From the IMG/VR virus record IMGVR_UViG_3300040935_000019, positions 809 through 64,808 of that record: DNA of 64,000 nucleotides. One strand, 5' to 3'. This document shows positions 54,807-64,000 of the stretch, one piece after another; position 1 is the first letter of the stretch; the number at the start of each line of letters is the position of its first letter. The stretch is from a virus. Lineage: Duplodnaviria > Caudoviricetes. The notes beneath the pieces were generated by a model. It searched no databases. It saw nothing but the letters and a program-made list of their open reading frames with translations, and was not told where the DNA came from. The position numbers and the translations under genes were made by a program.

Positions 54807-57504
54807 AAAAGTTCAATACATTGAACCAACAAATAACGGATACATTGTTCGTTATGTACCCCCAGGATTTGTGCTTATAAATACTGTTACCGGTAACTAC
54901 TTTTCTTCTGGACAGAAGGCCGGGTATAAAGGAATTCGTGTTGGTCCTGGAAGCGATTGGGTGCTTGTTATAGACGAGAAAAGCCCAGATGTCCAACAGG
55001 GAAAACAAATCTTTGCCGGAAATAATATAAACTTAACTAGCACCTTTGATCAAACAAAAAAGCAACTTAGAAGAAAAAATATTCACCTTAGGGAAGTTAC
55101 TATTATTCATAAAGACTTTGAGAACGCCTTAAGGAATACCGGTATAAATGATTTTATATACCAGAAGGTAATAGAAAAACATGAAGAATTTTTGTCTGAA
55201 TTAGAAAACTTATTAGACTTCTTAAAGTCAAACATTACAACTATAAACAACACAACAATTTTTAACCAGATAAACGAGCTAATTAAAAGTTTAGAAAATT
55301 ATAATTTTAAGGACGTTCATGATTTAGCAAATAAATATGGGAAAAAAATAAGAATAATTTTAGGGGGCCTAAGAAATTTTATTGTACAGAAACCTTTATC
55401 ACCCTCAACCTTTTCCGTAGTTCCCGGGAATGCTGTAGATGACGAGGATGAGATTAGTGCGGGTAAGGATTTAGAGGACATACTTAGTGGATTTTCTTCT
55501 AAACTTGATAGTTATCTGTTTTTCTATAGGTTAAGAAAACTTGCAACAAAATCAATGCTTTATGCGGATTTCGTTGGAAAAATTGGAGAAGTTGTTCGGC
55601 CGGCAAGAATATCAGATAGAGAGATAAGAAAAACCTTAGTTGAGGATCTACTAAAAATTCATGAAGCGAAGGAAAGTATAATCGAAAGAGAAGATACCGA
55701 AGCCAAGTGGTTTCTGGTTAATAGCTTTAGTAGCCCATTAGAAGACCTATTTGTTTTGGACAGCATACCAGAGATATTAATTAAGGAGCTTGAAGACAGG
55801 GGAATTTCTCTTGATAATGAAGAAATAGAAATTAAGCTTGATCCATTTGACGAGCCAAAATTTAGTGTCCAGCTTAAAAAATCAAATATAAGAGTTTCGG
55901 TGTCCGTAGAAGGTTTAAAGATTAAACCAAGTCAATACATTCAGCCATTTTTTGGAAAATCTGAGGAGTCTTATAAGTTTTCTTCTTCTCCATCAATCTT
56001 GCCGCTGTATCCAATTGAAAGAGAGTTTACATTTAACTTTTACGTGGATTCTAATAGCGGAACGGATAAATTTTCTTCTAAATACAGGGTAAGAGCATTT
56101 GACTATTCCGGAATGTCTAGTGCAAAAGTACCGGTTTTTTACTCCATCAGAAGGGTCGGTACAAATAGGGACGATTTGAACGATCAGAAGAATAGATTCA
56201 GAAGTCTGCTAAGGAAACTCAAAAAGGATTTTTACGAAAGGGCCAAGTCTAACATAGGGAGCTATTTAAAGAATCTTATTTTTTCAACACCAACTGCATC
56301 TAACTTTTACTATTATTTGATTTCTAGGTACTCTATGTTAGAAATTTTAGAATACACAAAAAGCATTATCGGTAGCAATGTTAGCGATGAAGATTTTGAA
56401 AAGGAATTTTTAAAGAATATTTTCAGAACTGCCTATGGAAGAACTTTATCAATGGATAAAAACCAACGGCAAAAATTTTCTTCTATGTATTCATATGAAG
56501 ATGGTGAATTTCCTAAAATAACTGTTCCGGGATTTGTTACTGCATCGCTTCATTATGTAAATTATTTGTTTAACAAATTTTCTGAAGCAAACACTGAACT
56601 TTATTTTACCTTTGATGATGCAAACAACGATGTATTTTTAGGTACCCCGCTTCATAACTTACTAGATAAAGGCTTTATGATTTCATTTTCAACTTTCACA
56701 TCATCAACGTTTAAGCGTGTATTAGAGATAATTTCTAAATCTACTGACATTAACATTAATATTAAAGAGGATGATATAAAGGATATTTTTGACGACTTTG
56801 TAAAAGAAAACAACAAAAAATTAAACTTTGATGAAAAAAAATTTTTAACAGAGCTTACAAAGTTTATAAATTCAGAAATACAAAACCTTGGTGGAGTGCA
56901 AACCCGTGCAACCCAAGCAGAGTTTTTAGAAAAGGTATTTGGAAAATCAATCGAGATGTATATTGGGTACTCGTTTTGTGGAACAAAATGCGCAAAATAT
57001 GAAAAACCTGGTAAATATGTTATTTATAGCTACGAAGGAAAGTCAGTATATTTATCATTAGACGCTAAATCTTCTGGATTTGGAGATATAAGAATGTTTT
57101 TACATGACGAAAATACAAACTCTGTAGTACCAATTTTTATAGAACTTAAACACACCTTGAACCCAAAGGTACAAAATTTGTTTTCTCTAATAGAAGCTTT
57201 TAGAGATCTTCTAAACTTTAAAAACGCATTAGGATTTAAGGGAGTCGTAAATGTACACTTACCGGAAATCCTTACTATTAACTCAGTTAAGCCTGGCGCT
57301 AATACTCCCAAACCAAAGGATGTTTTTGTAATTTTTAATAAGAGAATTGATAGCGCACAAAATTCAGATTTTGAAACTGTGCAGACACATGACAAGTATA
57401 ACGTTATAAGGTATAATACTGCTGTGCTTTCTCAGTTTACCCTTTATGGCCCCTCTTTAATGGTTCCAGAAAGGCGTTTGCCACTGAAAGGAGGTAAAAC
57501 GTGA
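54793..57504 (+). CDS. Large hypothetical protein
   Basis: 903 aa; coupled to the portal gene. Confidence 0.75.
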   Translation: MNSNRKVQYIEPTNNGYIVRYVPPGFVLINTVTGNYFSSGQKAGYKGIRVGPGSDWVLVIDEKSPDVQQGKQIFAGNNINLTSTFDQTKKQLRRKNIHLREVTIIHKDFENALRNTGINDFIYQKVIEKHEEFLSELENLLDFLKSNITTINNTTIFNQINELIKSLENYNFKDVHDLANKYGKKIRIILGGLRNFIVQKPLSPSTFSVVPGNAVDDEDEISAGKDLEDILSGFSSKLDSYLFFYRLRKLATKSMLYADFVGKIGEVVRPARISDREIRKTLVEDLLKIHEAKESIIEREDTEAKWFLVNSFSSPLEDLFVLDSIPEILIKELEDRGISLDNEEIEIKLDPFDEPKFSVQLKKSNIRVSVSVEGLKIKPSQYIQPFFGKSEESYKFSSSPSILPLYPIEREFTFNFYVDSNSGTDKFSSKYRVRAFDYSGMSSAKVPVFYSIRRVGTNRDDLNDQKNRFRSLLRKLKKDFYERAKSNIGSYLKNLIFSTPTASNFYYYLISRYSMLEILEYTKSIIGSNVSDEDFEKEFLKNIFRTAYGRTLSMDKNQRQKFSSMYSYEDGEFPKITVPGFVTASLHYVNYLFNKFSEANTELYFTFDDANNDVFLGTPLHNLLDKGFMISFSTFTSSTFKRVLEIISKSTDININIKEDDIKDIFDDFVKENNKKLNFDEKKFLTELTKFINSEIQNLGGVQTRATQAEFLEKVFGKSIEMYIGYSFCGTKCAKYEKPGKYVIYSYEGKSVYLSLDAKSSGFGDIRMFLHDENTNSVVPIFIELKHTLNPKVQNLFSLIEAFRDLLNFKNALGFKGVVNVHLPEILTINSVKPGANTPKPKDVFVIFNKRIDSAQNSDFETVQTHDKYNVIRYNTAVLSQFTLYGPSLMVPERRLPLKGGKT

Positions 57505-58046
57505 GTGATCTTAATGATTTAGCGATTTATAGGTTTTTACCAGAAAATTCTTCAAATATCTATAATGCGTTGAAAGAATTTTTTGGTCATGAGGAGTATG
57601 CCAGAGAAGTGCTAAACCTAATAACTATGGACGATAAACCAAACGTAGATTTTTTCAGAAAAAATATTGTTGTATTTCCAGACGGTCTAATAGAAGATTT
57701 GGTCAACATCTTATTAAACAACGTAAAAGTAGAAGAAAAAACAGAAGAAATGAGAGAAATCATAAGCAGTTCTCCATTACAAAGAAATTTTGATTATAGT
57801 TATGTTTTAACTTTTGAGGATTTTCTAAGAGCGCATATGATAATACGAGATGTTTTTGGATACGATTCAAGACAAGAAAAGTTTTTTGTTCAAAGTTTAA
57901 TTATAGCTTTAGCTATATTAGCAGTTAAAGAAAAAAAATTAAAGACAATCACTGATTACGAAAAGACGACAAATATTATAAAAAGGTTAAAAAGATTTTT
58001 TATCGAAGTTAGCAAACTTTCAATTGGCGGGAAAAAATTGTTATAA
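57501..58046 (+). CDS. Hypothetical protein
   Basis: 181 aa; GGAGGT SD and GTGA overlap. Confidence 0.7.
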   Translation: MSDLNDLAIYRFLPENSSNIYNALKEFFGHEEYAREVLNLITMDDKPNVDFFRKNIVVFPDGLIEDLVNILLNNVKVEEKTEEMREIISSSPLQRNFDYSYVLTFEDFLRAHMIIRDVFGYDSRQEKFFVQSLIIALAILAVKEKKLKTITDYEKTTNIIKRLKRFFIEVSKLSIGGKKLL

Positions 58047-58685
58047 ATTCTGCTCAAGTTCTTGCACTAAAGAGTTTAGTCTTTTTATTACCAGCATGCC
58101 GCCTTCGTGTAAGAAAGTCATTGTTGTTGGCAGTAAAGGCTTTAACTCTTTATAATTTTGTAAAAGTTCGTTCTTTACTTCCTCCAGGTCCTGTTTAAAC
58201 TGCTCTATTTCTTCTTTAAATTCACGCCTGTTTATTTCTGGGTTATCTTTATTAAGATAGGCCCAATCAAGGAAAGAAATGAGGTTGGTTAGGCTTGCGA
58301 AATTCATTGACAAAATATTTGCGACATTTTCAAGCCCTAAATTTCTAAAAGTTTCAGATTTTTCGTTAAAGGTATTGGCTAAGAAGTATAAGTCGTTTAA
58401 CTCTTCTTTACTGTACACTTGGTGAAGTGTGTGATGAACGATAGATCCATAAAAGTCGTTATAAACTTGCTCTAAAGCGTGTTCTGAGCTTTCAAAAAGT
58501 TCTTTATATTTTTCATACCCTTCAATTAGATCGGCGATAACTTGGGAGAAAACCTCTGCTGAAACAGATGTAATCTTTTTGGGAGTAGGGGGAGTGTTGT
58601 TCTTAACGCTGTTTTTTCTTTTACCTCTGAAGATGCTAAAAAATTTAGAAAGCATATCTGTTTCACCTCTCGTGGGTGTATTCAT
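58041..58685 (-). CDS. Hypothetical protein
   Basis: TTGACA-17-TATCAT lies 7 nt before the ATG; a second ATG (MLSK) has a GAGGTG SD. Confidence 0.7.
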   Translation of the reverse strand: MNTPTRGETDMLSKFFSIFRGKRKNSVKNNTPPTPKKITSVSAEVFSQVIADLIEGYEKYKELFESSEHALEQVYNDFYGSIVHHTLHQVYSKEELNDLYFLANTFNEKSETFRNLGLENVANILSMNFASLTNLISFLDWAYLNKDNPEINRREFKEEIEQFKQDLEEVKNELLQNYKELKPLLPTTMTFLHEGGMLVIKRLNSLVQELEQNL

Positions 58686-58739
58686 ATGCTACATGATAGC
58701 ATGTGGTAGCTCGTGTGTCAAGTGTCTGAAGAGTCCTTT

Positions 58740-59867
58740 TCATAATTTTTCTGCAAAGTCTGCGTATTTTGACCTATAAATATTTTTTAGTTTAACGTAG
58801 CTAAACAATGGGTTGGGGAGACTTTCAAGAATCTTTTTTAATCCTATATAATCCGCTATACCATAGCTTTGTTTTTCGTCATAAAGCATGATGAGTTTCG
58901 ATCCCTCAGATATTCTAGAGATAATTTGCTTTATTAAATCAAGGGAAAGAAACTGAGACTCGTCTACTATAACGATAGAGTTATGAATAGAGTATCCTTG
59001 AATCATGTTTAAAGGAATGTGTTTTATGTATGAGTTTATGATAGTTTCTGCTTTTTTCTCATCTCCTAGTATATAGCTTAAGTTTGTTATTACACCTCCA
59101 ATCCAAGGGTGCAGTTTATCGTCTAAATCTCCAGGTAAAAATCCAATATCAAATCTTGGATCAATGCCTATATTTGGCCTAATTACAAAAATTTGTTTGT
59201 AGGAGTTCATGTTTTTTAGTGCGGAAAGAAGAGCTATTAATGTTTTTCCGCTACCAACAGGACCATCTATGATAGTTGCTACATCTGGATTTATACAAGA
59301 GTCGTAGGCGATTTTTTGGTAAACATCTTTTACTTTAAAAGAATATGGTATTGAAGTATGCTCTACAAGGCGATATTGATTTCCTGTAGTGTTTTTGTAA
59401 ACTATTGAATTACTTTCGTCTACCCAAATAATTAAGTATTCGTTATGAGTTAATTCTACACCTAAAAGATCTTTTACGAGTTGCTTGTTTAGATTTAACT
59501 TTTCTCTATTGCTTGATTGTGTATATATTTCGCTTAATAAGGACTCTGTAACATTTTCTGGATATTCACTAAGATAAATTTCTTTATATCCAAAGTATTC
59601 TTGTTTTCTTTTAATTTCTATATTTGCAAAATACTCATACTTGTCTGGGAATAGTTTAGATTTTGCCTTATTAAAGGTTACAAATTTTTCGCAAGAAGAG
59701 ACGATTTCTACATTGTCATAATCTAAACAATTTAAAACTTTTTCATATGTTTTATCTCTTAATGCACTCTCTAGGTCTGTTTTTCTTACTTTTAAGTTTT
59801 TTAGATTTTTAGCTTCCTGGCAAATATCTTTTGTTATTGAGAAAATATCTATACACATTCTTGTCAT
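58740..59867 (-). CDS. phoH: PhoH-family ATPase with N-terminal extension
   Basis: GPVGSGKT, IGFLPGDL..K, QGYSI, VDESQ, SRISEGSK, IYRS. Confidence 0.9.
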   Translation of the reverse strand: MTRMCIDIFSITKDICQEAKNLKNLKVRKTDLESALRDKTYEKVLNCLDYDNVEIVSSCEKFVTFNKAKSKLFPDKYEYFANIEIKRKQEYFGYKEIYLSEYPENVTESLLSEIYTQSSNREKLNLNKQLVKDLLGVELTHNEYLIIWVDESNSIVYKNTTGNQYRLVEHTSIPYSFKVKDVYQKIAYDSCINPDVATIIDGPVGSGKTLIALLSALKNMNSYKQIFVIRPNIGIDPRFDIGFLPGDLDDKLHPWIGGVITNLSYILGDEKKAETIINSYIKHIPLNMIQGYSIHNSIVIVDESQFLSLDLIKQIISRISEGSKLIMLYDEKQSYGIADYIGLKKILESLPNPLFSYVKLKNIYRSKYADFAEKL

Positions 59868-59877
59868 TCATAATAAC

Positions 59878-61710
59878 TTATAGATTGCTAATTTTCCTCC
59901 TTCCTTCTAGCAAGATTTTTTTGAAGTGTTCATGTAGATTTTTTATAATTTCACTTTCTGATATTTCTGTCTCGTTTTTATCGTATATGTTCTTAAAAAA
60001 GTCATTTTTTGGATAATGTTCTGCCATCCAAACAAACATAGCGAGTGTGTCAGATATGTCTTTTGATGTGTCTGGCTTGTGGTCTATTTTTCCTTTTACC
60101 CTGTCTTCTATTAGGTTTGACAATTCCCAAAACAGTATTGGGTGATAGAAAAAGTCTATTCCGGCGTTTTCTAAGACTTCTGGAGGTTGCTCACTACCTT
60201 CAGAATATATTTTTTCTTTGAGTAGCTTATAGTGCTTATACTCAACATATTTTGAGTATGTAACTTGAGCGCCTACAACTCTATCTCTAATCCATTGACC
60301 AAGATAAGCAGAGTTCCATTGGTCAAAATAAAAGTACCTTAAATTAAACCCACGCTTTAAAAGATTCTCTATAAGTCTTTTTATGGCTTCTATTTGTATT
60401 TCTTTTTCCTTGAACATGTGTCCAGTAAAACGAAAAACAAAGTCTACTACAGGTCTTACAAGAATTTTCCCGCTGTTGGAAAGTATATATTCTCTGTGCC
60501 CAACGGTTAAGCCAAAAGAGTCCCCAGTTTTTGAATCAGCAACTTTTCCAAGACCCGGATCCCCTACAAAGAAGTAATCCACTCCAGGTTTTCCAACAAA
60601 CCAATCATGAAATTCTAGATTATAAGGATCAAGCTCAATTAAACTTCCATTAACTTCTCTTATTACTTCAGATAGAGGTCTTCTGTAGAAATCTTCCGGC
60701 GGTAAAGGAAATTTTAGCGGCCACCTATCTTCTGGAGGCTTCATTGCTTTTCTTAGCTTTTCAATGTCCTTAAAAAACGAGTCTATACTGTACTCTGGAG
60801 GTTCGCATTCATAAATAGTTCTTGCTTCCTCTGGATTCAGTTCGTATTCTGATGCAAATGTTTCTTTTGTAATATTTGGATTTGGATTAAATACCCAAGT
60901 TGGATATTTAGCTACGAAAGAATCTTTTTTAAACATGTGCTCCTCATAAAGTTTTTTGATCATCCCGTTAGATTCAGAAAATCTCATATAGGAAATGGCC
61001 ATTATTTTTTCTTTTCCAAAAAATCTTGATCTTGATGATGACCTTAACATTGTCCACATTTTTTCTGGGTTTCTGAAAGTTTTGGCATCTATTTCATCTG
61101 CTACAGCAACTAATATGTTTTTTCCTTCAAGCGTGTCAGCTTCTGAGTGGCCAGATAGGAGAATAATGTTTTTTGGGAAAACTATCATCCTTTCTTTTAT
61201 ATCGGTTTCTGGGTTAAAACCAAATTTTACGAACGCACTCTCTCCAGCACTTTTTAGCATGTTTTTAAGAGGCTCAAAAAATACGTTTTGAGCCTGATCT
61301 GCAGATGCGGCTACGTTTAAGAAAGTTATTATTTCAGTCGATGGAATTCCTAAATAAGCGTGAGGAGAACGCATGCATAATAGTTTATAAACCAGTCTTA
61401 AGAAAATAATTCTTGTTATGAAGTCTTTCCCGCCTCCCTTACCAACCCAAAGTATGAGGTAATTTATTCCATTCTCAAAATCATCCGCTACTTCTAAAAC
61501 TCTTCTTTGGGCCTCTGAAAGCCCATACAAGCTTTGTCCTAGATATTGCTTGCTGATTACAAAAGTATCTATATCTACAGGCTCTTCTTCATAGAGAAGG
61601 TTTTTTAATTCATTCTTATCTGCTGTAGAAATTTTTCCAACATAGGCCTTTTGAGTCAAAAGGCCCTTTATTTCGGATATTAAATTTTCTCTAGGTTGTT
61701 TCTTTTTCAT
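59878..61710 (-). CDS. terL: Terminase large subunit
   Basis: GKGGGKD Walker A, NVAASADQA, VADEID, GDPGL, FDQWNS, IDHKPDTSKDISD. Confidence 0.9.
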   Translation of the reverse strand: MKKKQPRENLISEIKGLLTQKAYVGKISTADKNELKNLLYEEEPVDIDTFVISKQYLGQSLYGLSEAQRRVLEVADDFENGINYLILWVGKGGGKDFITRIIFLRLVYKLLCMRSPHAYLGIPSTEIITFLNVAASADQAQNVFFEPLKNMLKSAGESAFVKFGFNPETDIKERMIVFPKNIILLSGHSEADTLEGKNILVAVADEIDAKTFRNPEKMWTMLRSSSRSRFFGKEKIMAISYMRFSESNGMIKKLYEEHMFKKDSFVAKYPTWVFNPNPNITKETFASEYELNPEEARTIYECEPPEYSIDSFFKDIEKLRKAMKPPEDRWPLKFPLPPEDFYRRPLSEVIREVNGSLIELDPYNLEFHDWFVGKPGVDYFFVGDPGLGKVADSKTGDSFGLTVGHREYILSNSGKILVRPVVDFVFRFTGHMFKEKEIQIEAIKRLIENLLKRGFNLRYFYFDQWNSAYLGQWIRDRVVGAQVTYSKYVEYKHYKLLKEKIYSEGSEQPPEVLENAGIDFFYHPILFWELSNLIEDRVKGKIDHKPDTSKDISDTLAMFVWMAEHYPKNDFFKNIYDKNETEISESEIIKNLHEHFKKILLEGRRKISNL

Positions 61711-62588
61711 TCAGGAAGCTCAAAAACATTTTTGTCTATCGTCTTCACATCTTCAAATGTTTTTGCGATTTTTGTTTTATTTTGGAAAATCTCAGATAAA
61801 ATTGCTATTAGTTCTTCGGTACTTGAGGCTTCTAATAGCGCCCTTGCGTATTCATCACGATAAAGGGCTTCTTGAAGCTTGTAGGCAGTTTCAGGGTCAA
61901 GTTCAGACATGACTCTATAAAGGGCGCTAATAAAGGCCGCCTCCCTTTGTTTATCTAATACTCTTTCTAAGAGGTTTAAGTAAATATTTGTCTGTTCGTT
62001 AACTAGTTTTAACAACATCTCACTTGTTCTCAATGCACTTCTCCAAGCTGACAAGGTTTTCTTTTCTTCTAATACTTCTCCTATTCCTCCTCTTGCCAAA
62101 ATTTCCGCAAGTTCTTCTCTTATTCGTTTAGATAGAATTGCGTTGAATGCTATGTCTTGGCTCAACATCGCCACGCTTGCAAAGAAAGAAGCCAGTATGT
62201 TAGCGTGCTTGCTTAAGTCATCATATACAACTCTCTTTATTTCTAGCTCGTCAAATGTGGTCAAATAGAAATCTGTAAAAAACTTGTGTACAGTTGGGTA
62301 GCTTACACCGTGCCGTTCGGCTATTTGTTTTAGGTTGTACCCATTTAAGTAATCCCAAAACATGTTTTTTGCTTTACCAGATGAAATTATTTTTCTGTGT
62401 CGGGCCGCAACCTCTGGATCCTTTATGAACTTTTCAAACTTCAATTGAAGGTCTACTTCTTCTTTCAAAAGCTTTTTCCATTCGCTTTTGCTTATTTTTT
62501 CTTCTTGTTTATTTTCCTTTTCAAAATCGTGTGAAGTATTTGTATTTTCTAAAACTTCTGGATGTTGATTTTTTATTTTTTTGCGCAT
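61707..62588 (-). CDS. Probable terminase small subunit (HTH)
   Basis: GYNLKQIAERHGVSYPTV HTH; directly upstream of terL. Confidence 0.55.
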   Translation of the reverse strand: MRKKIKNQHPEVLENTNTSHDFEKENKQEEKISKSEWKKLLKEEVDLQLKFEKFIKDPEVAARHRKIISSGKAKNMFWDYLNGYNLKQIAERHGVSYPTVHKFFTDFYLTTFDELEIKRVVYDDLSKHANILASFFASVAMLSQDIAFNAILSKRIREELAEILARGGIGEVLEEKKTLSAWRSALRTSEMLLKLVNEQTNIYLNLLERVLDKQREAAFISALYRVMSELDPETAYKLQEALYRDEYARALLEASSTEELIAILSEIFQNKTKIAKTFEDVKTIDKNVFELPE

Positions 62589-62947
62589 AAGTCCAAATCC
62601 TCCGGATAGAAATGATTCTTTCCTCTTTGCTTAGTTTTATAGACTATCCATATTTTTTCTCCATAAGGAGCGTTTTCAATACTTTTGAATAAAAAAATAG
62701 TTCCACCAGGAAACCAAGAGAATGTATCTCCGGGTTCTAAACACTCAAATCCTTCATATGGAAAGGTTTCATAGTCATTTGGGTCTTCTATGTTGTTTTC
62801 TTTTATGTAGTTGAGAATGTATCTCCTTAATGTTGAGTAGGGAAGGCCGTACTTTTTTGCAATTTTTAAAATAGGCTCCCCGTTAAGATATTCTCTTAAC
62901 GAAGTTTCGAACTTTTCGTAGTCTATTTTAGACTTTTTTCTTTGCAC
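62573..62947 (-). CDS. HTH DNA-binding protein
   Basis: ILKIAKKYGLPYSTLRRYI; the track ATG overlaps TATAAT, so the start is probably the GTG 7 nt downstream. Confidence 0.7.
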   Translation of the reverse strand: MQRKKSKIDYEKFETSLREYLNGEPILKIAKKYGLPYSTLRRYILNYIKENNIEDPNDYETFPYEGFECLEPGDTFSWFPGGTIFLFKSIENAPYGEKIWIVYKTKQRGKNHFYPEDLDLCAKK

Positions 62948-62997
62948 TATTAACATTATATCAGAAAATTTTCATTTCAAAAGACGGATAATATTTT

Positions 62998-63639
62998 ATG
63001 ATGAGGATAGTTTATCCTTTACCACCAAATAAAAGCGCAAATAGAGTAGATGCAGGATTTTTAGATCCCAACTATCCAATTTGGAGAAGGAATGCTGGTT
63101 TAACTCCAGACGAACATCCAGGAGTTGATTTTAATTTGTCAGGAACTAGCGGTGATGGCGATTTAAGATATCCTGTGGTTGCAATAATGCCAATGAAGAT
63201 TATACATGCAAAGTTTCATAGAGTTTGGGGAAATATTGTTTTAGGTGAGGTTTCAAATACTCTTGCTAGAGAATTTGGATTTCCTCTCCTTCATGTTCAA
63301 TATGCTCATTTAAACGATGTTCTAGTAAAGGAGGGAGATGTAGTTTATCCAGGTGAAGTTATTGGAACTATAGGAAAAGGAGATCCGACAAGGCCGTTCT
63401 TGGCGCACTTACATTTAGAAATGAGAATTCAAAATTTACCGCCAGATTATTGGCCTAAAACTAAACAAAATATTGTAGGAAGATATATAGATCCAGTAGA
63501 ATTTTTAAACAAAAATGCTTCTTACGAAAGAAGGTTCAAGTATGCTTCTTATAGAGTAATAGAAGATAAATCTTTAAATGGCGCTATTGTTAACCAAAAC
63601 GATTTGGATTTTGTCTGGGTAAGGGTCCAAAAGCTCTAG
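62998..63639 (+). CDS. M23 peptidase (probable endolysin)
   Basis: EHPGVDF, WGNIV, YAHL, VKEGDVV, AHLHLEM, IDP. Confidence 0.88.
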   Translation: MMRIVYPLPPNKSANRVDAGFLDPNYPIWRRNAGLTPDEHPGVDFNLSGTSGDGDLRYPVVAIMPMKIIHAKFHRVWGNIVLGEVSNTLAREFGFPLLHVQYAHLNDVLVKEGDVVYPGEVIGTIGKGDPTRPFLAHLHLEMRIQNLPPDYWPKTKQNIVGRYIDPVEFLNKNASYERRFKYASYRVIEDKSLNGAIVNQNDLDFVWVRVQKL

Positions 63640-64000
63640 AATTTGCAGTTTTTGCTTTTTTCTTTAAAAAGAACCGGATCCATTCTCTTTATATCATCTG
63701 GAAGTTTTTCAAAATCTGAAGACATTCCGCACCGATTGGCAATAAAGGTTATTTTATTTATAAGCTCGTTCTTTCTTTGCTGATGTTTTTCATCTACAAC
63801 TACTGCTGTTTTTTCTGAAGATAATTCAGAACTATTTTTTTCGCTTTTATCTTTAACAACCTTGGGGAATTGCTTTTTAAAAAGATCGGGGGACAAAGTT
63901 TTAGTTTCCTCGGAAAGAGATTCAAATTCTTTTAGTGTGCCAACATTAGCGAGAAAGTATGACTTATTCTCTAAGTAGTTAAGCCTTTTTTCGTCAAATA
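63636..64000 (-). CDS. Partial hypothetical protein (5' end outside the window)
   Basis: Frame stays open from the window edge to the stop at 63636. Confidence 0.65.
   Translation of the reverse strand, partial: FDEKRLNYLENKSYFLANVGTLKEFESLSEETKTLSPDLFKKQFPKVVKDKSEKNSSELSSEKTAVVVDEKHQQRKNELINKITFIANRCGMSSDFEKLPDDIKRMDPVLFKEKSKNCKF

Noticed and set aside
1-64000. Stop-codon reassignment
   Set aside because: Standard-code ORFs already tile the window and no suppressor tRNA is present

Overview
A 64-kb, AT-rich, densely coding segment of a large tailed (myovirus-like) bacteriophage. Gene content (PolA, class II RNR, IMPDH/GMPR, RecA, dUTPase, dNMP kinase, TK-like, DnaG, DnaB, SpeD, portal, terminase, baseplate J, M23 peptidases, three tRNAs) and many apparently leaderless genes resemble the Thermus phiYS40/TMA group. 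That assignment comes from recalled gene content, not from a database search. Positions 1-36.8 kb are mostly minus strand (tail/baseplate, redox/chaperone, nucleotide metabolism, replication, tRNAs, tnpB). Positions 37-58 kb are plus strand (recombination, replication, portal). Positions 58-63 kb hold the terminase module. The most striking feature is a catalytically intact TnpB with no TnpA in the window (32513-33886), plus a second, stand-alone, shortened copy of its omegaRNA scaffold 7 kb away (40557-40642). That copy shows a compensatory base-pair change and is followed by a CRISPR-like array: the 14-nt scaffold 3' end (GTGGGAGGAGGTCA) is repeated around unique 26/39/26-nt spacers. This is a candidate phage-encoded multi-guide TnpB system. 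Other candidates are a +1 UUU_CGU frameshift into an unannotated 172-codon frame, a possible virion disulfide-formation pair, an iteron-like repeat block at the strand switch, and a degenerate thymidine kinase.
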